In this document: piece after piece, positions 1 to 8,858 of the stretch
Layout: every line of letters starts with the position of its first letter
How positions within the stretch are numbered: position 1 is the stretch's first letter
Assembly: GCA_023416575.1 (NCBI GenBank)
Contig: JAEZHL010000313.1
Location: forward strand, 1-61,358
Length of the DNA stretch: 61,358 nucleotides
Direction of reading: 5' to 3'
Origin: Pseudomonadota bacterium
GTDB lineage: Bacteria; Pseudomonadota; Alphaproteobacteria; Rhizobiales; Hyphomicrobiaceae
Program-made: the position numbers and the translations under genes
Notes under the pieces: model-generated
Told to the model about the DNA's origin: nothing
Seen by the model: only the letters and a program-made list of their open reading frames with translations
The model's database searches: none

Positions 1-750
1 CTCGGGAAAGTGGCGCTCGATCTCGCAGCAGAGCCGGGTGAGTGCCACGCCGGCATCCTTGCGGATCGCCATGCGCGTGGTTCCGGCATGGTTCTGCACA
101 CCCTCGAAGCTCACCTGATACTGCCAGATGCCGACGATGCTGGTGACGATCCCGATCCTGAGGTCGTTGGCCTCCAGCCAATCCCCCTGCTCGATGTGCG
201 CCTCCAGGTAGGCGATATAGCGCTGCGGATCGACGAGGGCGCGCGTTCGGCCCGCCAGCCCCGCGTTGGCCAGTGCATCACGCACCCGGGTGCCATTCGT
301 GCGGTCGACGGCGGCGTCGATCTCTGCATCCGTCAGCTCGCCGCAGAACGAGCGGCTGCCGAAGAAGCTGCCGAAGTGGCCCTCCTCGTCCGCCCAGGAA
401 CCGACATCCACCACCGCGCCTGCAAACCCGGGATCGGCGCCGATCGCGCGGGCAGCTTCGAGCCCATAGATGACCCCCAGCGGCCCGTCGAGCCATCCGG
501 CATAATTCTGACTCTCCGTATGCGAGCCCACGAGCACGCACGGGCCGCTCCCCTGGCCGCGGCCGATCACATTTCCGATGCCGTCGATCTCGGCCTCGAG
601 GCCCGCGTCCGCCATGCGCCCCGCCAGCCAATGCCGGGCGGCCATGTCGTCGCTGGAATAGGTCGGCCGGTGGACACCCGTTTTGTATTTGCCGAACTCT
701 GCAAGGCGCCTCAGATCGCCCATGACGCGATCGGGATCGATGGTGGGCAT
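1..750 (-). CDS. Zn-dependent amidohydrolase, M20 family (hydantoinase/carbamoylase-like), 3' end outside window
   Basis: Not in ORF track (runs off edge). Manual translation from ATG 750 after GGAG: MPTIDPDRVMGDLRRLAEFGKYKTGVHRPTYS...GSHTESQNYAGWLDGPLGV...WADEEG...EAHIEQG...NHAGTT, typical carbamoylase metal-binding motifs. Confidence 0.9.
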   Translation of the reverse strand, partial: MPTIDPDRVMGDLRRLAEFGKYKTGVHRPTYSSDDMAARHWLAGRMADAGLEAEIDGIGNVIGRGQGSGPCVLVGSHTESQNYAGWLDGPLGVIYGLEAARAIGADPGFAGAVVDVGSWADEEGHFGSFFGSRSFCGELTDAEIDAAVDRTNGTRVRDALANAGLAGRTRALVDPQRYIAYLEAHIEQGDWLEANDLRIGIVTSIVGIWQYQVSFEGVQNHAGTTRMAIRKDAGVALTRLCCEIERHFPE

Positions 751-919
751 GACCGTCCTGCTCCTGACTGTCGAAATGCAGCCGCGTTGTCGAGGTAATC
801 GCAATGGAACTCGTTTAGACGCGTGAGGCTCGCCGGGCCCGCCCTGCTTGTCAACCGCTGCCGGCAGCAGATACGCTGATGACGGACAGCTCGGGCGCGG
901 CTCGGAGTTGGGGGGTGAC

Positions 920-1834
920 ATGAAGCTCATCGACCCGTTCCCGATCTACGAGATCGGCGGCGCACTTCGGCACCTCAAGGCGATCTGCGGGCAGGAGAAC
1001 GTCGATGCGCTCAGCCAGCTCTACGCCCTATGGACCGCGCGTCAGCATCTGAACGCGCTTCTCAGCGGCGAGCCAGTTCCTCTCCATTACTGTAACGCTG
1101 CGGCACTCGACCTTTATGGCTCCATCCTGGCGCATGAGAACCTCTTGATGCCGGACCCCAAAACATCCGGCGGACCGGCGGGGCCGATAGACGGCTACCG
1201 CATGCGGCTCATCATAGAGAAGATCGACATTTTCGAGCATCAGTTCAGTGCCGAGCTCAAGAAAATAGCGGTCTACGCCGTACCGGAGCGCGGGATTTTC
1301 AACACCGAAGGTCTGGCGGAGAAGGCGGATAATCACATCCACGCCTCTATTCGCGACGCGATTCCGGAATTTGCTTTGAGCGAATTCAGAGCCGCGGGGC
1401 GCTGCTTGGCATTCGGCCTATACTCGGCCTCGGGTTTTCATTCCGTGAGAGCCGTCGAAAGCGTCCTCAAGGAATACTACGCCATGTTTCTCGGCGCGCC
1501 CAAGAAAGAGAACATGACCATGGGCCTCATGGCCAGTCAGCTCGAGGAAGCGCGCGCTTCCGGCGCCTCGCCGGCGCCAAAAGACATTACCGTTCGACAT
1601 ATCAGAGACATCACCAATTTCGATCGAAACCCGCTCATTCACAAGAACATCAATCTTGAGGAAATAGACGCAACGACACTCTTCAACACGGCCCTTGGCG
1701 TCATTCTCGAAATGGGAAAGGAACTGTTGGAGGGCAGCGATGACGCCCGGCAGGGCGCTCTCCCGCTTTCCAATCTCGAGCCGGCCCCGAAGAGACGGCG
1801 CGGCGCCAAACCGCCCTCCTCGCTGCCGAATTAG
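920..1834 (+). CDS. Hypothetical protein with putative HEPN-like domain
   Basis: ATG 920 after GGGGGTGA; C-terminal half has RAVESVL helix and RNPLIH (RxxxxH) motif; codon usage visibly more AT-rich than neighbours. Confidence 0.6.
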   Translation: MKLIDPFPIYEIGGALRHLKAICGQENVDALSQLYALWTARQHLNALLSGEPVPLHYCNAAALDLYGSILAHENLLMPDPKTSGGPAGPIDGYRMRLIIEKIDIFEHQFSAELKKIAVYAVPERGIFNTEGLAEKADNHIHASIRDAIPEFALSEFRAAGRCLAFGLYSASGFHSVRAVESVLKEYYAMFLGAPKKENMTMGLMASQLEEARASGASPAPKDITVRHIRDITNFDRNPLIHKNINLEEIDATTLFNTALGVILEMGKELLEGSDDARQGALPLSNLEPAPKRRRGAKPPSSLPN

Positions 1835-1861
1835 CGCCGATCCGGATGACGGCGATGCCTG

Positions 1862-4564
1862 CTATGGCACCGTCGCGGAACCCGGATGACGTTTGAGATC
1901 GAGCACGACGTAGCGCACGGTCGGGTCGTCGGCCTCCTGCTTGATGGTAAAGCCAAGCACAGCGCACATGTGGAGCATGGTCGTGTTCTCGGTGAGCACG
2001 GTGCCGAACAGCTGCTCCAGCCCCTCCGACTGCGCATAGGCGATAAGGTGCTGCATGAGCTGCCAGCCAAGGCCGCGTGACTTGAGGTCTGACCGGACGA
2101 GGACCGCATATTCACCGCGGGTGTAATCGGGATCGGCGATGAAGCGCGCCACGCCGAGCAGCTTCCCCGTATCCTTCGCTAGCGCCACGAAAGCCATTTC
2201 GCGCGCGTAGTCGATCTGGGTCAGGCGAGCGAGGAACTTGCGCGAAATCTCGGGCTGCGCGTTGAAAAAGCGCAGGCGTTGATCTTCCGGCGTGACGTTC
2301 TGGAAGAACTCATGATAGAGCCGCTCGTCCTCGGGCCTGATGGGTCTCAGCCGGACGGGACCAACGCCCGCGACCTCGACGTCCTTCATCCATTCCGACG
2401 GGTACGCCCGCATCGCCATCGGCACACGCGGCTCCCTCGCCTCGTCTGCGACGCGCACGCGGGCATCGAGCGCGATCACCCCCCTTTCGTCGGCGAGCAG
2501 CGGGTTGATATCGAGCTCCCGGATCTCCGGATGGCGCGCCACCAGATAGCCGAGCCGCACCAGCACCTCCCCGATGCTGGCGATCTTGGCCGGCGGCCGG
2601 TCGCGATAGCCCTGCAGCAGAGCCCAGATGCGCGTGCGCCGCATCAGGTCCTCGGCAAGACTGAGATCGAGCGGCGGCAGCGCCTGCGCGGTGTCCGCAA
2701 CCGCTTCCACGGAAGTTCCTCCCGCGCCGAACAGCAGCACCGGCCCAAACGTGCTGTCGACCGCCATGCCGGCGATCAACTCGTGCGCATGCGGACGACG
2801 GATCATGGGCTGCACCGTGAACCCCGCAACGCGGGCCTGCGGCAGCTGCCGTGCGACCCGTGCCAGGATGTCCTCGGCCGCCGTGCGCGCGCCCTCGGGC
2901 CGCTCGATCCCAAGACGCACGCCGCCGACATCCGACTTGTGAGAGATATCGTCCGACAGCACCTTGACGACGCACGCTGCATGCTCGCGAAGAATGCGCG
3001 CCGCGATCGCCTCCACCTCGTCGGGTGTCCGCGCGATCTCGGTCGTCACGGTCGGAATGCCATAGGCGGTGAGCAGTGATTTCGCCTCAACCTCCGAAAG
3101 CACGGTGCGGCCGGATTTGAGCGCGGCGGCAATGATGTTTCGCGCATCGGCCGTGCGCAGCCCAAGCTCCTCGGGAAGCGATGGCGGAATCTGCATCAGC
3201 TGGTTCTGCGCGCGCGTGTAGCGCACGAGCTGCATGAACCCCTCGATCGCCGCTGCCGGAAACTCGAAGCTCGCGATATCGGCACGCGCGAATTGCTGCC
3301 TGGCCTCCCGGCTCACCTCCTCGCCGAGCCAGTTCGTCAGCACGGCCTTCGTAGCGCCAGCTTCCCGCCGCCGTTCGACAGACTTGATCACGGCATCGGC
3401 GACCGCCGTCGACGAAGCCGTCGCGGTCGGGCAGTTGATGATCAGGATGGCATCCGTTTCCGGCTCATCGAGCAGCACCTCGAGCGCGGTGGCATAGCGC
3501 TCGGGACTGGCGTCGCCGATGATGTCGACGGGATTTCGGCCCGACCACGTCGGCGGCATGGTCGCATCGAGCGCGGCTTTGCCCTTGTCCGACAGGCGCG
3601 CCAACGTGCCATGCAGATCGATCAGGCGATCTACGGCAAGGACGCCGGCGCCGCCTCCATTGGTTAGAATGGTGAGCCGCTCGCCACTCGAAACGGGAAG
3701 TCGCGCCAGCACCTCCGCGGCCCCGAAAAGCTCCTGCAGCTCCAGGACACGCAGCACGCCCGCGCGCCGGAACGCCGCGTCGTATGCGCTGTCAGCACCG
3801 GTCAGGGCGCCGGTATGCGAGAGCGCCGCTTCCGAGCCGGCCGCGTGCCGGCCCGCCTTGACGACGATCACCGGCTTGGAGCGGGCCGCGCGCCGGGCCG
3901 CGGACAGGAATTTCGGCGCATGGGAGACCGATTCCATGTAGAGCAGGATCGCCCTGCTGCCCGGATCGCCCGCGAGGTAATCCAGCAGATCGCCGAAATC
4001 GACATCCGCCATGTCGCCCAGCGAGACCACGTGGGAAAAGCCGATATGACGATCGGCCGCCCAGTCCACGACGCCCGTGATGAGAGCGCCGGACTGGGAC
4101 AGGAAGGCGAGATCGCCCGCGAGGGGCTTGCGATGCGAAAAGCTGGCGTTGAGGCCCACCCCCGGCACCATGAGCCCGATGCAGTTCGGCCCCTGGATGC
4201 GCAGCAGATGCGGCTTTGCCGCGTCGAGCATGGCTTGCTTCAGCGTGTCCCGGACCCCGGCCGTGATGACGACGGCGGCCCTGGTTCCCTTGCGGCCAAG
4301 CTCGCCGATCAGTTGCGGCACCGTGCGTGGCGGCGTGGCGATGACGGCGAGTTCCGGGGCAGCCGGAAGAGCGTCGACCGACGGAAAGCAGGGCTCGCCC
4401 TCGATCTCCTTGTGCCGCGGATTGACCAGCCAGATCGGACCATCGAACCCGCCGGCCTTGAGGTTGCGCGTCACGATCAGCCCGACGCTTCCCGGCTCCG
4501 GACTGGCGCCGATCAGCGCCACAGATGCCGGACGAAGAAGATGCTGCAAATTGCGAATGGTCAC
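1862..4564 (-). CDS. Bifunctional acyl-CoA ligase (NDP-forming)-like / GNAT protein lysine acetyltransferase (Pat/YfiQ type)
   Basis: 900 aa; CoA-binding (IGAS, GPNCIG, SQSGA), SHTGAL, ATP-grasp (HKSDVGGV, DINPLL), C-terminal GNAT (LTQIDYAREMAFVA, RGLGWQLM). Confidence 0.92.
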   Translation of the reverse strand: MTIRNLQHLLRPASVALIGASPEPGSVGLIVTRNLKAGGFDGPIWLVNPRHKEIEGEPCFPSVDALPAAPELAVIATPPRTVPQLIGELGRKGTRAAVVITAGVRDTLKQAMLDAAKPHLLRIQGPNCIGLMVPGVGLNASFSHRKPLAGDLAFLSQSGALITGVVDWAADRHIGFSHVVSLGDMADVDFGDLLDYLAGDPGSRAILLYMESVSHAPKFLSAARRAARSKPVIVVKAGRHAAGSEAALSHTGALTGADSAYDAAFRRAGVLRVLELQELFGAAEVLARLPVSSGERLTILTNGGGAGVLAVDRLIDLHGTLARLSDKGKAALDATMPPTWSGRNPVDIIGDASPERYATALEVLLDEPETDAILIINCPTATASSTAVADAVIKSVERRREAGATKAVLTNWLGEEVSREARQQFARADIASFEFPAAAIEGFMQLVRYTRAQNQLMQIPPSLPEELGLRTADARNIIAAALKSGRTVLSEVEAKSLLTAYGIPTVTTEIARTPDEVEAIAARILREHAACVVKVLSDDISHKSDVGGVRLGIERPEGARTAAEDILARVARQLPQARVAGFTVQPMIRRPHAHELIAGMAVDSTFGPVLLFGAGGTSVEAVADTAQALPPLDLSLAEDLMRRTRIWALLQGYRDRPPAKIASIGEVLVRLGYLVARHPEIRELDINPLLADERGVIALDARVRVADEAREPRVPMAMRAYPSEWMKDVEVAGVGPVRLRPIRPEDERLYHEFFQNVTPEDQRLRFFNAQPEISRKFLARLTQIDYAREMAFVALAKDTGKLLGVARFIADPDYTRGEYAVLVRSDLKSRGLGWQLMQHLIAYAQSEGLEQLFGTVLTENTTMLHMCAVLGFTIKQEADDPTVRYVVLDLKRHPGSATVP

Positions 4565-4630
4565 TGCCGCGCCTTTCTTCGACTGGAGTGCGATCGGCTG
4601 GGAGCATCACCGATTGCGGATAACAGAACT

Positions 4631-6229
4631 CTAGCTTTCCTCGCGCATCTGGCCAGACAAAGCCGCCTTGGCCTCTGCCGTTGTCTTCTGCATGTCCCGG
4701 CCCGCATCGATGATCGTCCAGGCCGGTGACAGCGGACCGATGTCGTAGCCGAGCTGCATTTTCACGATATCAGACGTCGCATCGGAGGCATCGTTCCGCC
4801 GCCCGTCGACACGCTGCATCAGCGTCTCGGGATCGGCCGTCAGCCAGAGGCCGTGGAGCGGCACGCCCGCGCTTTCTCCAGTCTCTGCAAGACGACAGCG
4901 CTCCTGCGGCTTGGCAAAAACCGCGTCGACGATGACCCCATGCCCGGCGGTCAGCACGCGGTGCGCCTTATCGAAAAGCGTGTCATAGACCTGGGCGGTG
5001 ACCGCCTCGGCATAACCCTCGGGTCCGAGCCGATCCGTCTCGCCTACCCCGCACAGGGACTTCCGTTCCAGATCGCTTCTGAGATGCACGGCTCCGGGAC
5101 CTGGGCCGAGATCCGGGGCGAGTTGCGCAGACAAGGTCGATTTCCCGGTGCCCGACAGGCCGCCGACGGCGACGAAGCCTGCGGGCGGCGGATCAAGGTA
5201 AGCGAGTGCCGTGCGCATATAGCCCCGCGCGCGTGCGATCTGGCGATCTGCGCTGCCGGCCTTCGTTTCCTTTGCCAACTCCTGCTCGGCTCGCTCGGAC
5301 GCGACCAGGGCGCGAACGCCCGCGCGCAGGCCGAGGAACAATGGCAGTGCCACGAGCCCGTCGAGATCCAGCGTCTCCTGCGAGCGCCAGAGATAGCGGT
5401 TGAGGACGATGTTGGCGTCGCCCCTCAATCCCCTGTGATCGAGGTCCATCAGCAGGAAGGCGAGGTCGTAGAGCGTATCGATGGTGGCGAGGTCCTCGTC
5501 GAACTCGATGGCATCGAAAAGCATGGGCCTGCCCTGCCACATCACGATGTTGTCGAGGTGAAGATCCCCATGACAGCGGCGGACGAGCCCTCGCCTGGCG
5601 CGCTGGTCGAGCACCGGCGCCGCGCGAGCGAGCCGCGCCTCCGAACGCACACGGAACGCCTCCGGGAGCTCCGGCGTGAGAATTGCGGCCACGCCCGCCA
5701 GATTGCGCGATACCGAAGCAACCAATTGGGCGACACGCTCTGCGCCGTTCGTGCTTTCGGCCGGCGCGGCTTTAACGTGACTGTCGAACACCATGTCGGC
5801 AAGGCGTCCGGCGAACTCCGGGGTGATAGCGCCCTTGTCCGCCACCGCACCGACGAGATCCGATTGCGCGAAGCGGCGCATCCGCACGGCCCACTCGACC
5901 GGCTCGCCCGATCCGCCGATCAACAAGCGCCCGTCAACTTCACGCGTAACCGGCACGCAACCGAGATAGAGCTCCGGCGCCCAGATCCGGTTAATCTCGA
6001 TCTCGCGCTCGCAAGCCGCGCGCCGCTTCTCGATCGTCGAGAAATCCATGTACGGGAACTGAACCCGACGCTTGATCTTCCAGGCCTCATCGCCTGCAAG
6101 AAAGACCTTGGCGCCGTGTGTCTCCATCATGGTGACAGATCGGGGGCTCGCCGGATAGGAGGCAGGATCGCTCAGAAAAGCTGTGACCTGGACCTGATCG
6201 TCAGCCGCCGTTGCAGCGGGGCGCGTCAT
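4631..6229 (-). CDS. Bifunctional aminoglycoside-phosphotransferase-like / AAA_33 P-loop kinase
   Basis: ETH...KIKR...DFST, CHGDLHLDNI, FDAIEF, Walker A GLSGTGKST; ATG 6229 after GAGGAG. Confidence 0.88.
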   Translation of the reverse strand: MTRPAATAADDQVQVTAFLSDPASYPASPRSVTMMETHGAKVFLAGDEAWKIKRRVQFPYMDFSTIEKRRAACEREIEINRIWAPELYLGCVPVTREVDGRLLIGGSGEPVEWAVRMRRFAQSDLVGAVADKGAITPEFAGRLADMVFDSHVKAAPAESTNGAERVAQLVASVSRNLAGVAAILTPELPEAFRVRSEARLARAAPVLDQRARRGLVRRCHGDLHLDNIVMWQGRPMLFDAIEFDEDLATIDTLYDLAFLLMDLDHRGLRGDANIVLNRYLWRSQETLDLDGLVALPLFLGLRAGVRALVASERAEQELAKETKAGSADRQIARARGYMRTALAYLDPPPAGFVAVGGLSGTGKSTLSAQLAPDLGPGPGAVHLRSDLERKSLCGVGETDRLGPEGYAEAVTAQVYDTLFDKAHRVLTAGHGVIVDAVFAKPQERCRLAETGESAGVPLHGLWLTADPETLMQRVDGRRNDASDATSDIVKMQLGYDIGPLSPAWTIIDAGRDMQKTTAEAKAALSGQMREES

Positions 6230-6393
6230 CGGCACTCCTCATCATTGCAGCCTGCTAGCGTCTGGCTGCCCATCACTCATCGTCGTCTTATGGCAATGTG
6301 GGCGCGAGAGGTCGCATACGCCACAACCGCCGGGGTCGCATTAGCCTTGTTTCCCGCATGGCCGGACTTTGGCCTTGACCTGCGCAATAGTCT

Positions 6394-6407
6394 TTGACCT
6401 GACGCAG
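6394..6407. promoter_or_regulatory. Putative FNR/FixK box
   Basis: TTGA-CCTGAC-GCAG, one mismatch to TTG(A/C)-N6-(T/G)CAA, in the divergent kinase/USP intergenic region about 70 bp upstream of the USP ATG. Confidence 0.55.
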
Positions 6408-6474
6408 GGCCCCGAGATCGTTCGACCCAAAAATGTCTTTGTGCGTTTCCTCACAGAGCAAGGACATCCGACCC

Positions 6475-7305
6475 ATGCCGTATAAAACGATCCTGATGCA
6501 CTTGAATCACGACCAGCGGGCGCATCAGCTGCTCGATGCGGGCGTGCAGCTTGCGAAAGAATTCGGAGCGCACCTGATCGGTCTGCACGTCTTCCCCGGA
6601 TACCGCCTGCAACCGCCGATGCCGGTTCCGTTCGGGCGCGAGGTCCTCGGCAACATCGCGGCCCAGATCCGGGAGGAAGGCGATCGGATCAAGGCCGCGT
6701 TCGACGAGGCGACCGGCCAGCAGACCTTCGTGTCGGAGTGGCGCTCGATCACTCCCGAGCGCGTCGACCCGGCGACGATCGTGATGGATCAGGGGCGCGC
6801 CGCCGACCTCATTATCGCGAGCCAGTCCGACCCAACCTGGGATCTTTCGTCAATCCTCGATTTCCCGGAGCGGCTCGCAATCGAAAGCGGCCGGCCCGTA
6901 CTCGTGATCCCCAACGGCTGGGTGACCTCCGCCATGCCGAGGACGATCACCGTCGCCTGGAAGAACCGGCGGGAGGCCGCCCGCGCCATCTTCGATGCTC
7001 TGCCGCTGCTGAATCGCGCGCTGCAGGTCAACCTGCTCACGGTGGAGGAGCCCGAGCAGCGCGGAACAGCACCGGCGACGGACATCGCCGCCGCGCTCGA
7101 TCGTCATGGAGTGAAAGTGTCGGTCTCGACCATCCCGGAAAGCCGTACGTCTGCCGGCGAGGAGATCAATCGCCGCGCCGCCGACACCTCGGAGCTTCTC
7201 GTCATGGGCGCCTACGGCCATTCCCGTTTTCGCGAGTTCGCCTTTGGCGGTGTGACCCGCCACCTGCTGCAGCACATGAAAGTTCCCGTGCTGTTCTCTC
7301 ACTAA
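6475..7305 (+). CDS. Universal stress protein (tandem USP domains)
   Basis: MPYKTIL..., SGRPVLVIP, LVMGAYGHSRFREFAFGGVTRHLL...PVLFSH. Confidence 0.93.
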   Translation: MPYKTILMHLNHDQRAHQLLDAGVQLAKEFGAHLIGLHVFPGYRLQPPMPVPFGREVLGNIAAQIREEGDRIKAAFDEATGQQTFVSEWRSITPERVDPATIVMDQGRAADLIIASQSDPTWDLSSILDFPERLAIESGRPVLVIPNGWVTSAMPRTITVAWKNRREAARAIFDALPLLNRALQVNLLTVEEPEQRGTAPATDIAAALDRHGVKVSVSTIPESRTSAGEEINRRAADTSELLVMGAYGHSRFREFAFGGVTRHLLQHMKVPVLFSH

Positions 7306-7333
7306 CCCCCGGCACCAGCGGAGGGCCGACATC

Positions 7334-7723
7334 ATGACCGAACCAGAGAAACTGTTGCGTCGTGTGCGCCTCGAGCTCGCCCGCGATCCCGATTTCCCCG
7401 CCGGCAGCCGCGAACGCGGTTATGACTTCATCGCCCCGCTCGACGACAAGGGCCACATCGACCCGGAGGCCTGGAAGCAATTGAAAGACCGCTGCCGCGT
7501 GCGGCGGTTCTGGGGCATCGAACCCGAAGCCGTCGGCCACATCGTCCATCGGCCCGGCGGCGAGTGGACGTTCCACTACGACATCCATGGCAACGCCGGA
7601 CATGACGAGGCCGGCTTCCGGTTCTCGCAGCACGCGTTCCTGCCCGGCGAGTACGTCTCCATCCTGGAGCAGGACGGCGTGCTGCGAACGTTCTTCGTCG
7701 CCTCTGTGCGCGAGCTCGACTGA
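7334..7723 (+). CDS. Conserved hypothetical protein
   Basis: 129 aa, GGAGGG RBS, host-like codon usage, motif LELARDPDFPAGS...GYDFIAPLD...CRVRRFW; directly downstream of USP. Confidence 0.8.
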   Translation: MTEPEKLLRRVRLELARDPDFPAGSRERGYDFIAPLDDKGHIDPEAWKQLKDRCRVRRFWGIEPEAVGHIVHRPGGEWTFHYDIHGNAGHDEAGFRFSQHAFLPGEYVSILEQDGVLRTFFVASVRELD

Positions 7724-7841
7724 ACTCTTCGCGCATCATCTTGCGGGCGGTGGTGATCTGGTGCCAGAATATCGACTTTGGTTTGATGCGCTCCGCCGTT
7801 TGCCCACGGCGCTTTGGCGGAGCGGGGGGAAACGTGAGTTC

Positions 7842-8651
7842 ATGCCAAAACAAATGACCGCCGCCGGCTCTTTCGATGCTCGACTGATCGAAGCGCAGAT
7901 CCATGTCCGCAGAATTCCGTCGGACGCACCCTGGGACTGGCTCGCGGCGGGCTGGCGCGATCTTTGGGCGGCGCCGAACGTGAGCCTCGCCTACGGCACC
8001 ACCTTCGCCGTGCTGGCGCTCGCGTTGACGGTAGGACTCATTTCGTTTGGCCTGCAGTCCCTGCTGCTGGCTCTTTGCGGCGGCTTCCTGCTGATCGGTC
8101 CCCTGGTCGGGGTCGGGCTTTACGAGGCGAGCTGGCGCTTCGAACGCGGCTTGCCGGTAACCATCGCCACTGTGATCCTGGCTGGGCTCAAGGCTCCCGG
8201 GCAGCTCGGCTTCTTCGGCGCGGTGCTGGCCTTCGCCTACGGCGTCTGGCTGCAGCTCGCGATGCTGATGTTCATGCTGTTCATGGGCAGCCGGGGCTTG
8301 CCGCCGGCGAGCGAGTTCGTGCCGACACTGTTGTTCACGTCACACGGACTGGGGCTGCTGGTAGCCGGCAGCGCCGTCGGCGGCGTGCTCGCCCTCGTCG
8401 TCTTCTCGATCTCCGCCATTTCCGTCCCGCTGCTGCTCACAAGGCGGGTCGACGCGGTCACCGCGATGGCGGCAAGCATCGAGGCGATCGTGAAGAACCC
8501 CAAGCCGATGGCGCTGTGGGCAGCCCTCATCGCTGGCTTCATCGCGGTGGGAACGGCGACCTTGTTCGTTGGCCTCGTCATCGCGTTCCCGCTGATCGGC
8601 CATGCCACCTGGCATGCGTTCCGCAGCCTCGTGGTCCAGAACGAGCCCTGA
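7842..8651 (+). CDS. DUF2189-like integral membrane protein
   Basis: PWDWLAAGWRDL, GGFLLIGP...GLYEAS, PLIGHATWHAFR; multiple TM helices; start set at ATG 7842. Confidence 0.85.
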   Translation: MPKQMTAAGSFDARLIEAQIHVRRIPSDAPWDWLAAGWRDLWAAPNVSLAYGTTFAVLALALTVGLISFGLQSLLLALCGGFLLIGPLVGVGLYEASWRFERGLPVTIATVILAGLKAPGQLGFFGAVLAFAYGVWLQLAMLMFMLFMGSRGLPPASEFVPTLLFTSHGLGLLVAGSAVGGVLALVVFSISAISVPLLLTRRVDAVTAMAASIEAIVKNPKPMALWAALIAGFIAVGTATLFVGLVIAFPLIGHATWHAFRSLVVQNEP

Positions 8652-8687
8652 CGGCGGGATCACCGCCGCCGAAGCGACAATCGTCGC

Positions 8688-8858
8688 CTAATTCGGACGC
8701 CTCCCATCCAACCGCCGCGTTTCCTCGTCCTGCAGCGCACGCCACGCCGCGCCGTCGAGGTCCTCGAACTGATTGGTTTTGAGAGCCCACAGGAACGCAG
8801 CCAGTCCCAGTCCACCAAGGACCAGGGCCGCAGGCATCAGCCAGGCCAGGGCCGTCAT
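8688..8858 (-). CDS. ccoS: cbb3-type oxidase assembly protein CcoS/FixS
   Basis: MTALAWLMPAALVLGGLGLAAFLWALKTNQFEDLDGAAWRAL; ATGA overlap with ccoI stop. Confidence 0.93.
   Translation of the reverse strand: MTALAWLMPAALVLGGLGLAAFLWALKTNQFEDLDGAAWRALQDEETRRLDGRRPN

Noticed and set aside
10..798. 262-aa plus-strand ORF
   Set aside because: Antisense shadow of the M20 amidohydrolase on the minus strand, which carries the family motifs.
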